Shown: positions 11,551 through 24,401 of the stretch, one piece after another | Layout: each line of letters begins with the position of its first letter | How positions within the stretch are numbered: the first letter of the stretch is position 1 | Source: Eledone cirrhosa | Lineage: Eukaryota | Assembly: GCA_964016885.1 (NCBI GenBank) | Contig: OZ024752.1 | Location: 29,202,001-29,266,000, forward strand | Direction: 5' to 3' | DNA length: 64,000 bases | Made by a program: the position numbers and the translations under genes | Notes under the pieces: generated by a model | The model's input: the letters and a program-made list of their open reading frames with translations, nothing else | Databases searched by the model: none | What the model was told of the DNA's origin: nothing

Positions 11551-11860
11551 GTATGTATTTAACATATGTAAATTAAAATCCATGACACTATCAGAGATAT
11601 TATCTTTATTAAAATATAATAGAAAGATTACTTGAAAAAAATATACCTTCAGACTTAATTGTCAACGTATTGACATAATAGTTCAGAATCTTGATAAAGT
11701 TATCAGCAAATAGAAAGATTATATTACCGAGTCCATCAGGAAATAATATTCCCTATGAAATTGTTATATTTGGGGAGGGTCATGTTATGATATTGACAAA
11801 AAATAGTAAAACGCACTCACTGTTTGGTTTGGTTTTCGTTTCAGTATATTTTTATAAATA

Positions 11861-12543
11861 TACTGTAAAGTGGACGTGTAAAAGACACAGTAAAAAGCAC
11901 CCAGCCACACTGTAAAGTGGACATGTAAAAGACATGGCAAAAAGTACCCAGCCACACTGTAAAGTAGACATGTAAAACACACAGTAAAAAGCACTCAGCC
12001 ACACTGTAAAGTGGACATGTAAAAGACACGGCAAAAAGCCCCCAGCCCACACTGTAAAGTGGATGTGTAAAAGACACGGCAAAAAGCACCTAGCCCACAC
12101 TGTAAAGTGGATGTGTAAAAGACACGGCAAAAAGCACCCAGCCCACACTGTAAAGTGGATGTGTAAAAGACACGGCAAAAAGCCCCAGCCCACACTGTAA
12201 AGTGGACGTGTAAAAGACACGGCAAAAAGCCCCCACACTGTAAAGTGGACGTGTAAAAGACACGGCAAAAAGCCCCCAGCCCACACTGTAAAGTGGATGT
12301 GTAAAAGACACGGCAAAAAGCACCTAGCCCACACTGTAAAGTGGATGTGTAAAAGACACGGCAAAAAGCACCCAGCCCACACTGTAAATGTGGTTGGTGT
12401 TAGGAAGGGCATCCAGCCATAGAAAACAAGCCAGAAACACCCCTATTTGAGCGAGACACGGTCACCTGACACAACTTGGCTCAAAATAGGACCCGTCTAA
12501 CCCATGTTAGCGTGGAAGATGGACGTTAATTGATGATGATGAT
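11861..12543 (+). repeat. ~48-bp minisatellite (about 11 units) expanded from the RTE-tail repeat, followed by its core and (GAT)n tail
   Basis: Unit AAAAGACACGGCAAAAAGCACCCAGCCCACACTGTAAAGTGGATGTGT repeated 11861-12390, then GGTTGGTGTTAGGAAGGGCATCC and tail. Confidence 0.85.
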
Positions 12544-12809
12544 ACTGAAGTGAAAACCAAACTGAGTGTATTTTACTATTTTTTGGCAATATTAGGACAA
12601 CATGACCCTCCCTAAATATAACATCTGTTTCAACACACAATTTCATATCAAAAACCTTGCAAAACAAATATATTGCCTCTATAAAATTATTTTGCTAAAA
12701 AGTTGATTTTATTTTTGTCATTTCTGCTGCGTTATGTCTACAAGGAATTTTCAAACATTGCATACAAAAGTCATTGACACTGTAATAATTTGATGAAAAT
12801 AATGCTGTT

Positions 12810-13050
12810 ACAAGGTCAACTTTGACTTTCATCCATTCAAGGTCAATAAAAAAAGTACCTGTTTAATACTGGGGTCGATTCTTCCTCTATATCTCTTTCT
12901 CAATTTCATTCTCTCACTCTCTCTATTCTTCTCTGGAAGAAATCTGCTGTATTCAGACCTGGAGAGGAGATGGACTCTGCCAGGTTTAAAAAATGTCCTA
13001 GAAACTCTGTATATCAATGTGGTGCCATTTCGGCTCCCCCGGGAGTTACA
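12810..13050 (-). repeat. Dispersed unclassified ~240-bp repeat (possibly SINE-related)
   Basis: Related copies at 27280-27490(-), 43520-43735(+) and 48340-48745(+, split by a MITE); share CAGCAGATTTCTTCCAGAGAAG...GGAAGAATCGACCCCAG. Confidence 0.6.
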
Positions 13051-13650
13051 GACCTAAACATGCTGTTATACTTGGTTATGTTGTACAGTTACTGACTGGA
13101 TGGATGAGGCAGCACAGGAACATTTTAAAATGAGTTGTAAGCTTGTATATTACAATATGTACTGCAATGTGTCTCATGACCAGCCACTACTGTAGATTTG
13201 TTATTGGATTATAGATATATCGCTTAAGAGTAAGGTTCTTTTAATGAATCCAAGGCTGAGGAAATATATGTCAATCTCTGGCAGAACAAATAGATACTAT
13301 AAATATTATTCTTGACATTAGCTAAAAATTTGATATTCAGTCATGTTCTGAACATTTGATGTTCGTTAATTTTCTATGATGAAGAAATTGCCATTGTTTT
13401 TATTTGTACCATGGTTTTATTTCATATTGTCTTCTTTACATGATTAACTTGACCTATTTTGTAAACCACCTTTTACTTTTCCTATGCACAATAACTGTTT
13501 TCTTTCTCTAATTGTTACATCATCATTGTTTAATGTCCATCTTCCACACTAGCATGTACTTAATATCTTGAAATATCCATTTTTATTTTTAATAATTGCA
13601 AAATTTTATGAAGAAATATTATAAATTATCAATTTGTATTTTTCTCTTAG

Positions 13651-13770
13651 AAAATAAAATTTATTACTACTGACGCAGACAAACAAAAACGTTTGATACG
13701 AGATCTGGAGATTTCCAAGAAAGTAGATAGTAATTTTACTGTGAAATGTTTTGGAAGTTTATTCTTTGAG
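13651..13770 (+). CDS. MAP2K6: MKK3/6-like MAP2K exon
   Basis: ttctcttAG|KIKFITTDADKQKRLIRDLEISKKVDSNFTVKCFGSLFFE|GT; resembles MKK6 QKRLLMDLDIS...FTVTFYGALFRE; phase 0/0. Confidence 0.9.
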
Positions 13771-13839
13771 GTAATTTTTTAGTTTTTACTTCAATTGTAT
13801 TATTGGCAATACCTTCACTGCCTCATTTTATCCAATTTA

Positions 13840-14590
13840 TCTAAACTAAATTGACATCTGCTACAGACTGAAATCCCTCTCAGCTAACCTACCTGTGATC
13901 CCACTTCAATTGCATCAGTGCCAATACCCTCACTGCTTCATTTTATCCAATTTAAACTAAATTGGCATCTACTACAGATGAAATCCACCCTCTTAGTCAA
14001 CTGGTTTGTGATTCCACTACACCTCTTGTGTATTAATTGTACATACTATGTACACAGTATGGAGTTACTACATACATCTTTACTGCATATTGAGCACAGC
14101 CATTTTCCTGATGGTAGCAGGGTCTCGTTTACTTTCCTACTTACTTTAGTCTTTGTTAAGTTTACTTTGTGGACTTGCAATTCCAGACTTGGCTTCAACG
14201 TCTGGAATTTTTTCACTTATTCTTCTACAGATTTTGCTGTAAGGGCTAGGTCATCAGCATGCAGGGATTCTCATGGACAGTTTGTCTTAAACTCCTCAAT
14301 TTTTGCCTGGCAGAATATAATAAACAGGAATGTTTAGATAACTGAGCCCTGATGTACTCCTATCAGAATGCTGATTTTGTTATTGAAATCATTGCTGTGC
14401 AGGGCTTGTATGAGCCCCCACTAGCTTCACCTCTGTACAGGACTTGTATGAACCCCCACCTAACTGCACCTCTGTACAGGGCTTGTATGGGTCCCCACCT
14501 AACTGCACCTCTGTACAGGACTTGTACAAGCCATTCATCTACTCCTAGCTTCCTTAGTGACCACCAGATTACGACCCTGTAGAGAGTTTC
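13840..14590 (-). mobile_element. Highly decayed RTE LINE RT/PHD fragment with internal 39-bp triplication
   Basis: RVVIWWSLRKLGVDEWLVQ matches the RTE copies at 5.8 kb and 46.1 kb; repeats at 14398-14527. Confidence 0.65.
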
Positions 14591-15312
14591 TATTTGACTC
14601 ATTTTAGTTGGTTTATGTGAACATCATCATCCTGATCATCACACTTCTATTTTTCATGTTTACATAGGTTAGATGGGCTGTCATGTTATGAGGCTAAACA
14701 GGTCAGGTGACTGCGTCTTGCTCATAAGTGCTGTTTTAGCTTGATTTTCTACAGCTGGAGGCCTTTCCTAGCACCAACTACTTTACATTATGGACTGGGA
14801 GCTTTTTTTCATGACACCAGCACTACCACTTTACAGAGTGGATTGTGTGCTTTTTGTTATGGCACCAGCACTGCTGCCATACAGAGTGGACTGGGTGTTT
14901 TTCTTTTTCTTTTCTGCCACCAATATGACCACTTAATAGGGTGGACATGGTGTTTTTTGTCATGGTACCAGCCCTGCCACCATACAGAGTGGACTGGGTG
15001 TTTTCTTTTTTTTTTCTGCCACCAGTATGACCACTTTACAGGGTGGATTGGATGCTTTTTGAATGTAGGTAAAAAATAAGCACTAAAAATGAGAATAAAA
15101 GTAATGAGAGTTCTAAGTCATTAGAACTGATTTGTTTGAAGAAATGCATATATCATTAGTTCCACTATATACAAATGGCATGCCCTTTATAGACACTGTC
15201 TCGGAAATATTCTGGATAAACAAGGCAAAACTTTTATATACATGCACTTATATATGTATGTAGAGGCACACACATACACTTATGTTAATGTTGTTTATTT
15301 TTTTCAATGAAG

Positions 15313-15420
15313 GGAGATGTCTGGATACTTATGGAAAAGAAGGATCTGTGCTTGGAGCAATTCTATCAATATGTTAGTAAAACCATTCCTGAACCATTTT
15401 TGGCTAAAACTACTTTAATT
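15313..15420 (+). CDS. MAP2K6: MKK3/6-like MAP2K exon
   Basis: aatgaAG|GDVWILMEKKDLCLEQFYQYVSKTIPEPFLAKTTLI|GTAAGT. Confidence 0.9.
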
Positions 15421-16091
15421 GTAAGTATTATGATTACTACTGACATCACTATATCAGAATTAACATAATTACCAACCTTACTAATGTTTGCCATAGTCAC
15501 TAGACAGAAGAAGAAAACTCCCTGCTCTTCCTTATCAAAGGACAAAAATAAGCCAATGTTCACAATAGACTGATAGCAGGATTTATCCCACATGTGCTAA
15601 TAGCTGTTTGACAAACTCACAAATCAACAATATATGAACACTGAAGGAGTGTGTACTGGACATTTTTGTCACTCTGCATGCATCTTGGACAGGTTCTGTT
15701 GCTGGCAGCTTTAACACGACCATACCTGTAAAATTATATCCTGAACTGTAGCACTTCCAGGTGAAAGAATTTTGAAAATTGTCCATAAACCCCAACCTAC
15801 TAAGATTGTCTTCATTAATGCACGGAATCACTCCTTTCTCTTCAGAGCAGAAAATACTACCTCATTCCAACCCCTACTCAAACCTCACTCCAACAACTAC
15901 TAACCCTCTACAAAGCTCAGTTGAGACACACAGATAGTCTTGCTGTTATGCACACAAACATCCTAAACTGCATCCATAGAAATGTCACACAACTGATTGA
16001 CACGAAAATCACAAACAAACACATTACAACATCTGGCTCATAAAGGTGCCATCTCCTCTCTTTACTTTTTCTACTGCTACTACAATAGCCA

Positions 16092-16315
16092 TTGCTCTGT
16101 GAAGTTTGTTGGCTTTGTGCCACCTTCAATCAGGCTTGTTGGTCTTGTACCACATTCAATCAGGTTTGTTGGCCTTGTACCACCTTCAATCAGGCTTGTT
16201 AGCCTTGTGCCACATTCAGTCAAGCTTGTTGGCCTTGTGCCACTTTCAGTCAGACTTGTTGGCATTGTGCCATCTTCAATCAGGCTTGTTGGCCCCGTGC
16301 CACCTTCAATCAAGC
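16092..16315. repeat. 30-bp minisatellite, ~7 copies
   Basis: Unit CAGGCTTGTTGGCCTTGTGCCACCTTCAAT. Confidence 0.85.
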
Positions 16316-16808
16316 CCTTTCAACTGACTTTTCTCTCTGCTTATCACTCCTTGTGTCAAACTCCCTCAATCTCTACACCAAGTGCTTTCTTCCCAGAACG
16401 TCAGCCCCCTGGAGTTCCCTCCTTGCTCATGTCTTTCAGGCAGAATGTTAACATTAATCTCAACAGTTTCAGAGGATCTACATGGGTGATGGATCTAACC
16501 TCTTCCTTCAGATTTAACTAATGAAAATAAAAGTTTTTTATCCTTTATAGAAATCAATGGTTGACTTTTCACTGACCACATTGTCTAGTTAGTAGAGTAC
16601 AGTGAGTGTCTGGCAACATTCCAGATGTCAAGCACCTAACTTTGGTCTGTGCTTGACCAAGGACTGTAGCTCAGTGAAATAGATAAGCTGTGGAAAGCTA
16701 GGCCACACAAACAGCATTTACACATGTTCATTGTCATCCAGCAACTTTTATATGTGATGCTGCCTCAGCCTGCACGTCATCAGTCACAGCATCCCAAGAC
16801 TTTCTTAA

Positions 16809-17018
16809 CCCTTTAGCATTTACATTACTCTATATATACTATTATATTGTCATGGTAAAGACTTTACCTCACATAATTATCTTACATAATATTGAATCTA
16901 TGAGATTTGTATATTATTTATTTTGAGAACAATACCTTAACATCACTATGAGCAGCTAGTTACAGTCAGTTTGAACAGAAAGAGGTGAGAGAATACGTCC
17001 GGTTTAAATGCTAAAGGG
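16809..17018. mobile_element. piggyBac-type MITE (TTAA TSD)
   Basis: TTAA-CCCTTTAGCATTTA...TAAATGCTAAAGGG-TTAA; other copies at 26202-26409, 29599-29796, 47863-48070, 48406-48626, 51783-51965, 52435-52647. Confidence 0.8.
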
Positions 17019-17670
17019 TTAAAGTAGGCATTGATAACAGATGTATCTCCTGATAAATATTACCTGTTATTTCAACAAGAAATGAAAGAGCATACACTCC
17101 TATATAGTTAGATGTTTGCTAGGGCAAGGCATGGCAGTCTGATGGTAGTATTCCACCAAACATTTTAAAGAGAGGAAACCAAGGAAGGTTGTGTGGTGGA
17201 TTACCACCAAAGTGATGTAGTTGATAGCTTTGTTTTACTTGACATTTCAAAGAGAGGAAACCAAGGAAAGTTGTGTGGTGGATGTGGTTGAATGGTTTGA
17301 GGACAGAGCTTTTGCTTATTTCCAGTAAATTTTATGAAAGGCCAGTGAAAATTGAGAAATTGATGTAACTGTGTCCACTCTTAACTGCAGCTAGAGATTC
17401 ATCATCATCATTGTGGGAAAAAGTCTTGTGCTTCAATTAGAAATCATTTTTATTATGCTAACCATCTCTCCACTATGGGATCGAGTGGTTAGCATTATGA
17501 AAACTATCCTGCTAAAAATACACTTTCTGCAATGGTTTCTACTTGAGAAAAAATTGACAAGTTTTGTAAAAAAACTAACTATTTATCTGGAAATGTTTAT
17601 AAATATAATTTATTAAATATTCATATTTGTTTATTATGTTGTTAAATATATCCTTAATCTATTTATCTAG

Positions 17671-17850
17671 GTTGTAAATGCTTTGCAATATCTGAGAAAA
17701 CAACTAAAAATAATGCACAGAGATGTAAAACCATCAAATATATTACTGGATAAAAGGGGAGGAGTTTGTGTATGTGACTTTGGTGTTAGTGGACCTCTTG
17801 ATGATTCATTTGCCAAGTCAATTAATGCAGGCTGTAAAGCATACATGGCG
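17671..17850 (+). CDS. MAP2K6: MKK3/6-like MAP2K exon (catalytic and activation loops)
   Basis: tatctAG|VVNALQYLRKQLKIMHRDVKPSNILLDKRGGVCVCDFGVSGPLDDSFAKSINAGCKAYMA|GTAAGT. Confidence 0.95.
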
Positions 17851-18988
17851 GTAAGTACTTTTTCTGATATTTTTCTGTTCTCTGCTGGTGTTTTTATAAA
17901 ATCTATATTTTAGTTTGCTTGTTTCGTAGAGATTGAAAAGGCATATGACTACATTCCAAGGGTGTTTTTATAAAACTTACATTATAAGTCGACTCTGTCT
18001 TTTGCATTGAATACCAGCAATGTAAAATTTTCATAACATTATGTAGGGCAGAAAATTAGCAGAATTATTAGTGGAAAGAATAAATTGCCTTCTGATATTT
18101 ATTCTGGCACTCTGCACCCAACGTTGAAATCCTACTGAGGTTAACTTTGATTTTCATCCTTCCCAAATCATCATCCAGTTTTTGATTATGCACAATTAAT
18201 CCCTAAGTAAGGTGGGTCCTGCCCGTCTGCATTCCTTAGCGTCCCACTCTGTGTGTTTCTGTCCATCGATCTCATTTGGGCCAGCCCAAGCCTAGCTTGA
18301 TCCTGATGGACATCCTCCATCCAAGTCCTTTTTGTTTTCCTGGGCCTCTACTGCCTCCTGGATCGGGAATCTATAGAATAAAATAGTAATTTAGATTGGT
18401 GTATCGGCAGAATTGTTAGACTGTCGGATGAGATACTTTGTAATATTGCTTCTGTCTCTCTGTTCACAGTTCTTAGGTGGTAGATTTAATCTGTTGCTTG
18501 GTTTAGCATTGCCACCTGGTCCTTGGGTGCCTACAGCAGAGTTTACTTAGCTATGCATTTAGGCCAGTAAAGTGGACGTGTAAAAGACACAGCAAAAAGC
18601 ACCCAGCCCACTCTGTAAATATGGTTGGCTTTAGGAAGGGCATACAGCCATAGAAAACCAACCAGAAACACCCCTATTTGAGCGAGACACGGTCACCCAA
18701 CACAACTTGGCTCAAAATAGGACCTGTTTAACCCATGCTAGCGTGGAAGATGGATGTTAATCGATGATGAATAACTTCCTTTCACCAGATTCTGAAAGGT
18801 GCTGCTTTTCCCTTCCTGACTAATGAATAAGACCCCACCCCCCTTCCTAAAAAAATGGATGCACTTCCTTTTGGTCTTAGTCTTTTAGTGATAGAACCAG
18901 ATAACTTTGCCAAACACTAAAGGAATCTTTAACTACAAAACAAAATCTGAGAAGTCAGAACTAATCAATATATTATTTGCTATTCTAG

Positions 18989-19066
18989 CCAGAACTGATC
19001 AATATTGAGCTAACAGATATACGAAATGATGTCCGTTCAGATGTCTGGAGTTTAGGAATAACACTG
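18989..19066 (+). CDS. MAP2K6: MKK3/6-like MAP2K exon
   Basis: attctAG|PELINIELTDIRNDVRSDVWSLGITL|GTAAGT. Confidence 0.92.
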
Positions 19067-19083
19067 GTAAGTCATTTTCATTT

Positions 19084-19270
19084 GGTGGATTGGCAGTATC
19101 GGTAGAGGGTCGGACACCATGCTTTGACACATAGAGTTACGGCCCTTGCCATTCTGAGTTCAAATCCCACTGAGGTTAACTTTGCCTTTCATCCTTACGG
19201 GGTCGATAAAATAAAGTACCAGTAATGTACTGGGTAATTGATGGCCTTGTGCCAAAAGTAGAAACAATTA
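19084..19270 (+). mobile_element. tRNA-derived SINE (family 1)
   Basis: Same sequence family as 11012-11180; further copies near 1255-1430, 19793-19970, 25010-25126(-), 25480-25600(-), 42122-42490, 48826-49015. Confidence 0.8.
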
Positions 19271-19569
19271 TTTTCTGCTTAATTTTCCTTGGTTTCACAT
19301 TTTAGTAACACATTATCTGCTCTTAAAGAATACTTTCAATTATTTATGTTTTTAAGTAAACCTTTTTCTTTATAAATTTACTATATTTTAAAAAATGTTT
19401 AAAAAGAATTGATTCTTGTTTTTCTTCTCCTTCTCCCCGTGTCCCCATCCTCCCTCCTAATCCAGTTTCCCCTCCCCCTCCTCCCAGTCCTGTTTCTCCC
19501 CCTTCCAGTCCTGTTCCTCCTCTTCTAGAAACTTTATAACTATTAAAATTTTTTTTTTTTTACTTGTAG

Positions 19570-19709
19570 CTTGAAGTAGGGAGTGGAAGATATCCCTACA
19601 CAATCTCTCAAAATCCCTTTGATTTTGTAAAAGAGATTGTTGAAGGAGAACCACCAAAATTACCAGCTGGAAAATACTCAGCTACTTTTGAAGACTTTAT
19701 CTCAAACTG
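19570..19709 (+). CDS. MAP2K6: MKK3/6-like MAP2K exon
   Basis: poly-T tract, gtAG|LEVGSGRYPYTISQNPFDFVKEIVEGEPPKLPAGKYSATFEDFISN-TG|GT (phase 2). Confidence 0.92.
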
Positions 19710-20367
19710 GTATGTTTTGTTTTGTTTTCATATTTCTAGTATAGAGAATGATCTAACTCAAAACATATATCTATCTTCCTATCATTATGATTTTGGCAGT
19801 ATCGGTGGAGGGTTGGACGCCATGCTTTCCATCATAGTTACGTCCCTTTACGATCTGAGTTCAAATCCTGTCGAGGTTAACTTTGCTTTTCATCCTTACG
19901 GGGTCGATAAAATAAAGTACCGGTAATACACTGGGTAATTGCTGGCCTTGTGCCAAAAGTAGAAATAATTATGATTAGACTATTATGTTAGGAAGGGCAT
20001 TCAGCTGTTAAAAAACCCAGCAAAAATACAGTTTGAGCAAGGTATGGTTCGGCCAACTGGCCAGACTTGTCTCATAACGTCGACGACTCATCTAACATAT
20101 GCAAATTTGAAAATAAACATTAAACAGTGATGATAATGGTGGTGGTGGTGGTGATGATGATGATAATCTCAAAACATATATCTATCTTTCTATCATTACA
20201 ATTCTACTTTTTCAGACTATTAACCTCATCTTTAGAGATGACAAATGTTTTAATGTTTACACCTGGAAGATGGACATGAAATGATGATGATGGTCTCTTT
20301 GATCTCTGATCATCATCAGCTGTTTTATTTTGAATGTGTACATTGTTTACATTCTGTGTAGAATGGG

Positions 20368-21585
20368 ATGGGTAGAAATAACAAAATTGCCATGGTGATA
20401 TCCATCGATGAAGTATGCGACAAAACTGGTCGATGTTCCAAAATAGAACATTGCCCAGAAAACCACATCTGCCATATTTGTACGGAACCCGAAAACTCGT
20501 TCCGTAATCGCTGGGTCGAATGTGGAACCTGTCACATCTCTGTCTGCCTTCAATGTGCCACAGGCTTCCGGAGGATCCCAGGCCAAAAAAAGAGACATCA
20601 TAATGCTATGATGGATGGAATATGGGAGATGGTCCAGCTAAAATCCTGGTCTTTTCAGTGCCTGGCCTGTGTGCCTGCCTCCACTAATGTTATTGAAAAA
20701 CAGCAACAAAAACCGATGACTATATCTTCCTCTACCATTGTTACTGAACAACAGCAAAAACCTATGACACTGGCTTCTGCTGCTATTCCTGTGGAAGAAC
20801 ATCAGAAACAACAATAACCCATGTCTTCCGCTCCCAGTACATCTCGACACCAACAACCTGCGACTGTGTCTTCCCCTACCATTCCCGTGGAGGAACATCA
20901 TCATCACCAACAACAACAACAGCAACAGCAGCAGCAACAACAACAACCGACCAGTACAGATTTTGCAGAATTGCAACTAATGATTTCTGCTTTAAGAAGG
21001 GAAGTAACAGGAATAAAGGCAAGCATTCGGGTAGGACCCCACAATGAGGGGTCTTATCGGAATGCCTTGCTAAAGAATCTCCCTGTACCTCTTGCTGTAT
21101 CTGGGCACACTGAGAAGACTGCGGAATCTGCTACCCATGAAGTAATTGCCATTGGGGTACCAGAGGACAAGGCTGATCTTCAGGCATTTGCTGCCAGCTC
21201 AGCCAAAGACCTAGGCTGTGTTCCCCCAAAGGGTGCTCTCCGCCTTGGTCGACCTGGTCCAAAACCCAGACTCATCAGGCTGTCTTTTTCGGATCCCGCT
21301 GAGGCAATCTCATACCATCTGGCCTCTGTTAAAGCTGGGCGTGAAAATCGGATTACCTTCCGAACACGCCCAGGCCTACCACCCCATGTACGTCCAAAGC
21401 TCCGTGATGCAGCTTCCTTGAATCAGAACTCAGCACAACATGAAAGTTTTAGTCTGCGTGATGATGGGCAGATCTGGAGGTTTGTTAAGGCTGGTGAAAC
21501 GTGGAAGAGAGATACCAGCTGGTCTGAGTGTGCTCTACCCACAATAACTGGCAATGAAAAAACTGCAACAACTCTGGGAAACTAA
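20368..21585 (+). pseudogene. CR1 ORF1 (Cys-rich PHD-like finger, Gln-rich repeats, coiled coil, ORF1-type C-terminus) with one premature stop
   Basis: ORFs 20368-20817 and 20821-21585 are in frame, separated by TAA where the neighbouring repeats read AAA (QQKPM); motifs IGVPED and LRLGRPGPKPRLIRLSF. Confidence 0.75.
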
Positions 21586-21641
21586 ACCAGAACAACCTGC
21601 CACCCTCTACACACCATCATAAACTGCAAGCAGGGTACAAA

Positions 21642-24401
21642 TTGTTGTCCTTAAATGCTCGCAGTTTATGCAACAAGATACATCTGTTTGACTCCTACGT
21701 CAGAAGCATCGACCCTGACTTCATCACAGTCATGGAAACATGGGCACATTCCTTACTCTGTGATGGGGTTTTCAGCATTACTAGGTACAACCTTTTCCGC
21801 AAGGACCGCATTCATCGCCGTGGTGGTGTGATGGTCTACGTTCGTTCAAACTTTTCGGTAATTCCTTGCGTTGATTTGAACGAATCACAGGAAGAAGTTT
21901 TTTTCTGTGACATACGTATGACCATGTCAACACTTCTGCTTGGTGTTGTTTATCTCCCCCCAAACTACCACCAGGACACCCAGCTTTGCGATATCCTCAG
22001 AGTTGGTGCCAAGAAAACAGCCACATATGTGGTTATTGCAGGTGACTTCAATCATTCTGAGATCGATTGGGAAACCTTTCGTTGGCCACAAGGTGCAAAC
22101 GATTTCCTTGAACTAGTGCTGGACTCAAACTGGTCACAAGTAGTCACCTCTCCAACAAGAGGTGACAACACTTTGGACCTGATCTTCACCACTACTCCTG
22201 AAGTGGTTATCAGTTGTACTACTGAGGAACCTCTAGGCAACTCTGATCATGCTATGATCATTGCCAATCTGGCTCTTGCGGGCAGCAACAAAAACCAGAG
22301 CCATCTCCAATCTGCTTGCTTTGATTGGAAGAAAGCAGATTGGAACTTGTACTGCACTGAGCTACAGTGCCCAAACTGGCATAAGATGTATAACTCTGGA
22401 GATGTGAACACTATACTCCAGAGCATCCTGGACTCAATATGGATAGCGTGTGCAGCATCGGTGCCACGTAAGCAGAAAAAAACCACCCCAAAAATGTAAT
22501 TTGGGAAACTTCAGCAGTCCAACTTGCCAGGAAAGAACGTCGGAACGCTGAACGGGAATATAAACTGCATAAATCAGATGCCAACAGAAAAAGCGGAATA
22601 AATCTTCTAACCATCTCAAGCAAGTGACAAAGAAGGCAGTGCTTGAATTTGAACAGTGCATAGCAACCAATCCTGACAGTAAGGTCTTCTGGAAATATGT
22701 TCATTCAAAGCAGAGACCTCACTCTCCAGTTGGTCCTCTTTGCAATCCCCACACAAGCCAGATCACTGACGATCCCAAAGAATGCGCAGAACTCATTGCT
22801 GAGTGCTATGCAAGTATTTTTACTGTTGAAAACCAGAATGTACCATCTCCACCATCTCTAACATCAAATTCCATAACAACTATGGAATTTACACCTGCAA
22901 TGTTGCGACGTCACCTTAAGAATAAGCGCAACTATGCCTCCCCTGGTCTTGATGGTGTTACATACCTGCTTCTCAAACGTGGCGGGTATTTCCTTTTGCG
23001 CCAGCTTTCTTTCTTCTTTCAATACTGTCTCAACAATGGTGCTACTCCGGAGCAGTGGAAAACTGCCAGTGTCATTCGCCTGTTCAAAAAGGGCAACCGC
23101 ATGTATATATCAACTATCGTCCAGTCAGTCTTACTAGCTGTATGGCCAAACTGATGGAATCCTGTGTCAGAGAAACACTTTGGAACTTCTGGAGCTCTCA
23201 CAGTCTTATCCGGCCCTCGCAATTTGGATTTATCCCCAACTCCAGCTGCTGTGATCAGCTTATCGAGTTCCTTGAAGACATCACCCGGATCACTGACAGC
23301 GGCTCATGGGTGGATGTTGTTTACCTTGACTTTGCTAAGGCTTTTAATTCTGTGCCACACAAAACACTTATGGCAAAACTCTCTGCAATGGGTGTGAAGG
23401 ATGATCTTTTCGACTGGTTGAAATCCTTCATGCTCAGCAGAAAAGAGGTAGTCACGGTTCTAGGACAGCATTCTTCACCATATGAGATGTCATCTGGTGT
23501 ACCACAGGGATCTGTTCTTGGTCCCCTTTTGTTTGTGGCATATATTAATGACATAGATGCCAACTTACAGAATGCCACGGTACTGAAATATGCAGATGAT
23601 ATCAAGCTGTACCTTGAAATCAAAAGGACTGATCCTGAAATCTACAACTCTTTCCTACAATCAGACCTGGACACAATGCAGCAATGGATCACAGACTGGC
23701 AACTGAAGCTGGCTGTGGACAAGTGTACCACCATGCATTTTGGGAGGAAAAATCCAGCGTCCACATACTCCCTCCACAACACTGATATCAAGAAGTCCTC
23801 TTGTGAACGTGACCTGGGCATTACTGTCAGCAGCGATTTACGTTGGACAAAGCATGTCTCTAAGATTGTCAAGAAAGCCGAGGGTGTCTTGGCATCACTC
23901 AGCAAGACCTTTGTTAGCCGCTCTCCAGCCATCTATTTAAAACTGTATACAGCTATGGTACGACCACACTTGGAATTCGCCTCATCAGTCTGGAACCCCT
24001 ATCTTGCTCAGAACATTGACCTCCTGGAAACTGTTCAGAGACGTGCAACCAAGCGCATACCCTCCATCAGACACCTACCATACTCTGAACGCCTTGCTTC
24101 CCTGGGCATGGATTCATTGAAGCTCCGACGTCTGGCAATGGACTTGGTAAATACCCACAAAGTTATTAACCATCTCGCCAATTGCAACCCTGAGCACCTT
24201 TTTGATCTCCATGTGTCTAACACACGTGGACATGCCTACAAAATCAGAAAACAGCACAGCTCCCATGACTTTTGTAAACATTTTTTCACGCTCAGAGTTG
24301 CTGAAGCATGGAACAAACTGCCTGCATCAGTTGTTAGCTGCCGAGACACTGCATCCTTTAAGACACTCATGCTTCCCGAAATACGCCAAAACTACACCTG
24401 A
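21642..24401 (+). pseudogene. CR1 ORF2 (APE endonuclease + RT), frameshifted
   Basis: LNARSL, ETW, GGVMVYV, GDFNH, LDLIF, SDH (APE); NYRPVSLTS, DFAKAFNSVPH, PQGSVLGP, YADD (RT); split into 21642-22499, 22624-23154, 23055-24401. Confidence 0.9.

Noticed and set aside
11861-12390. CRISPR-like appearance of regularly spaced repeats
   Set aside because: Whole units repeat with no unique spacers, the context is eukaryotic and no cas genes are present
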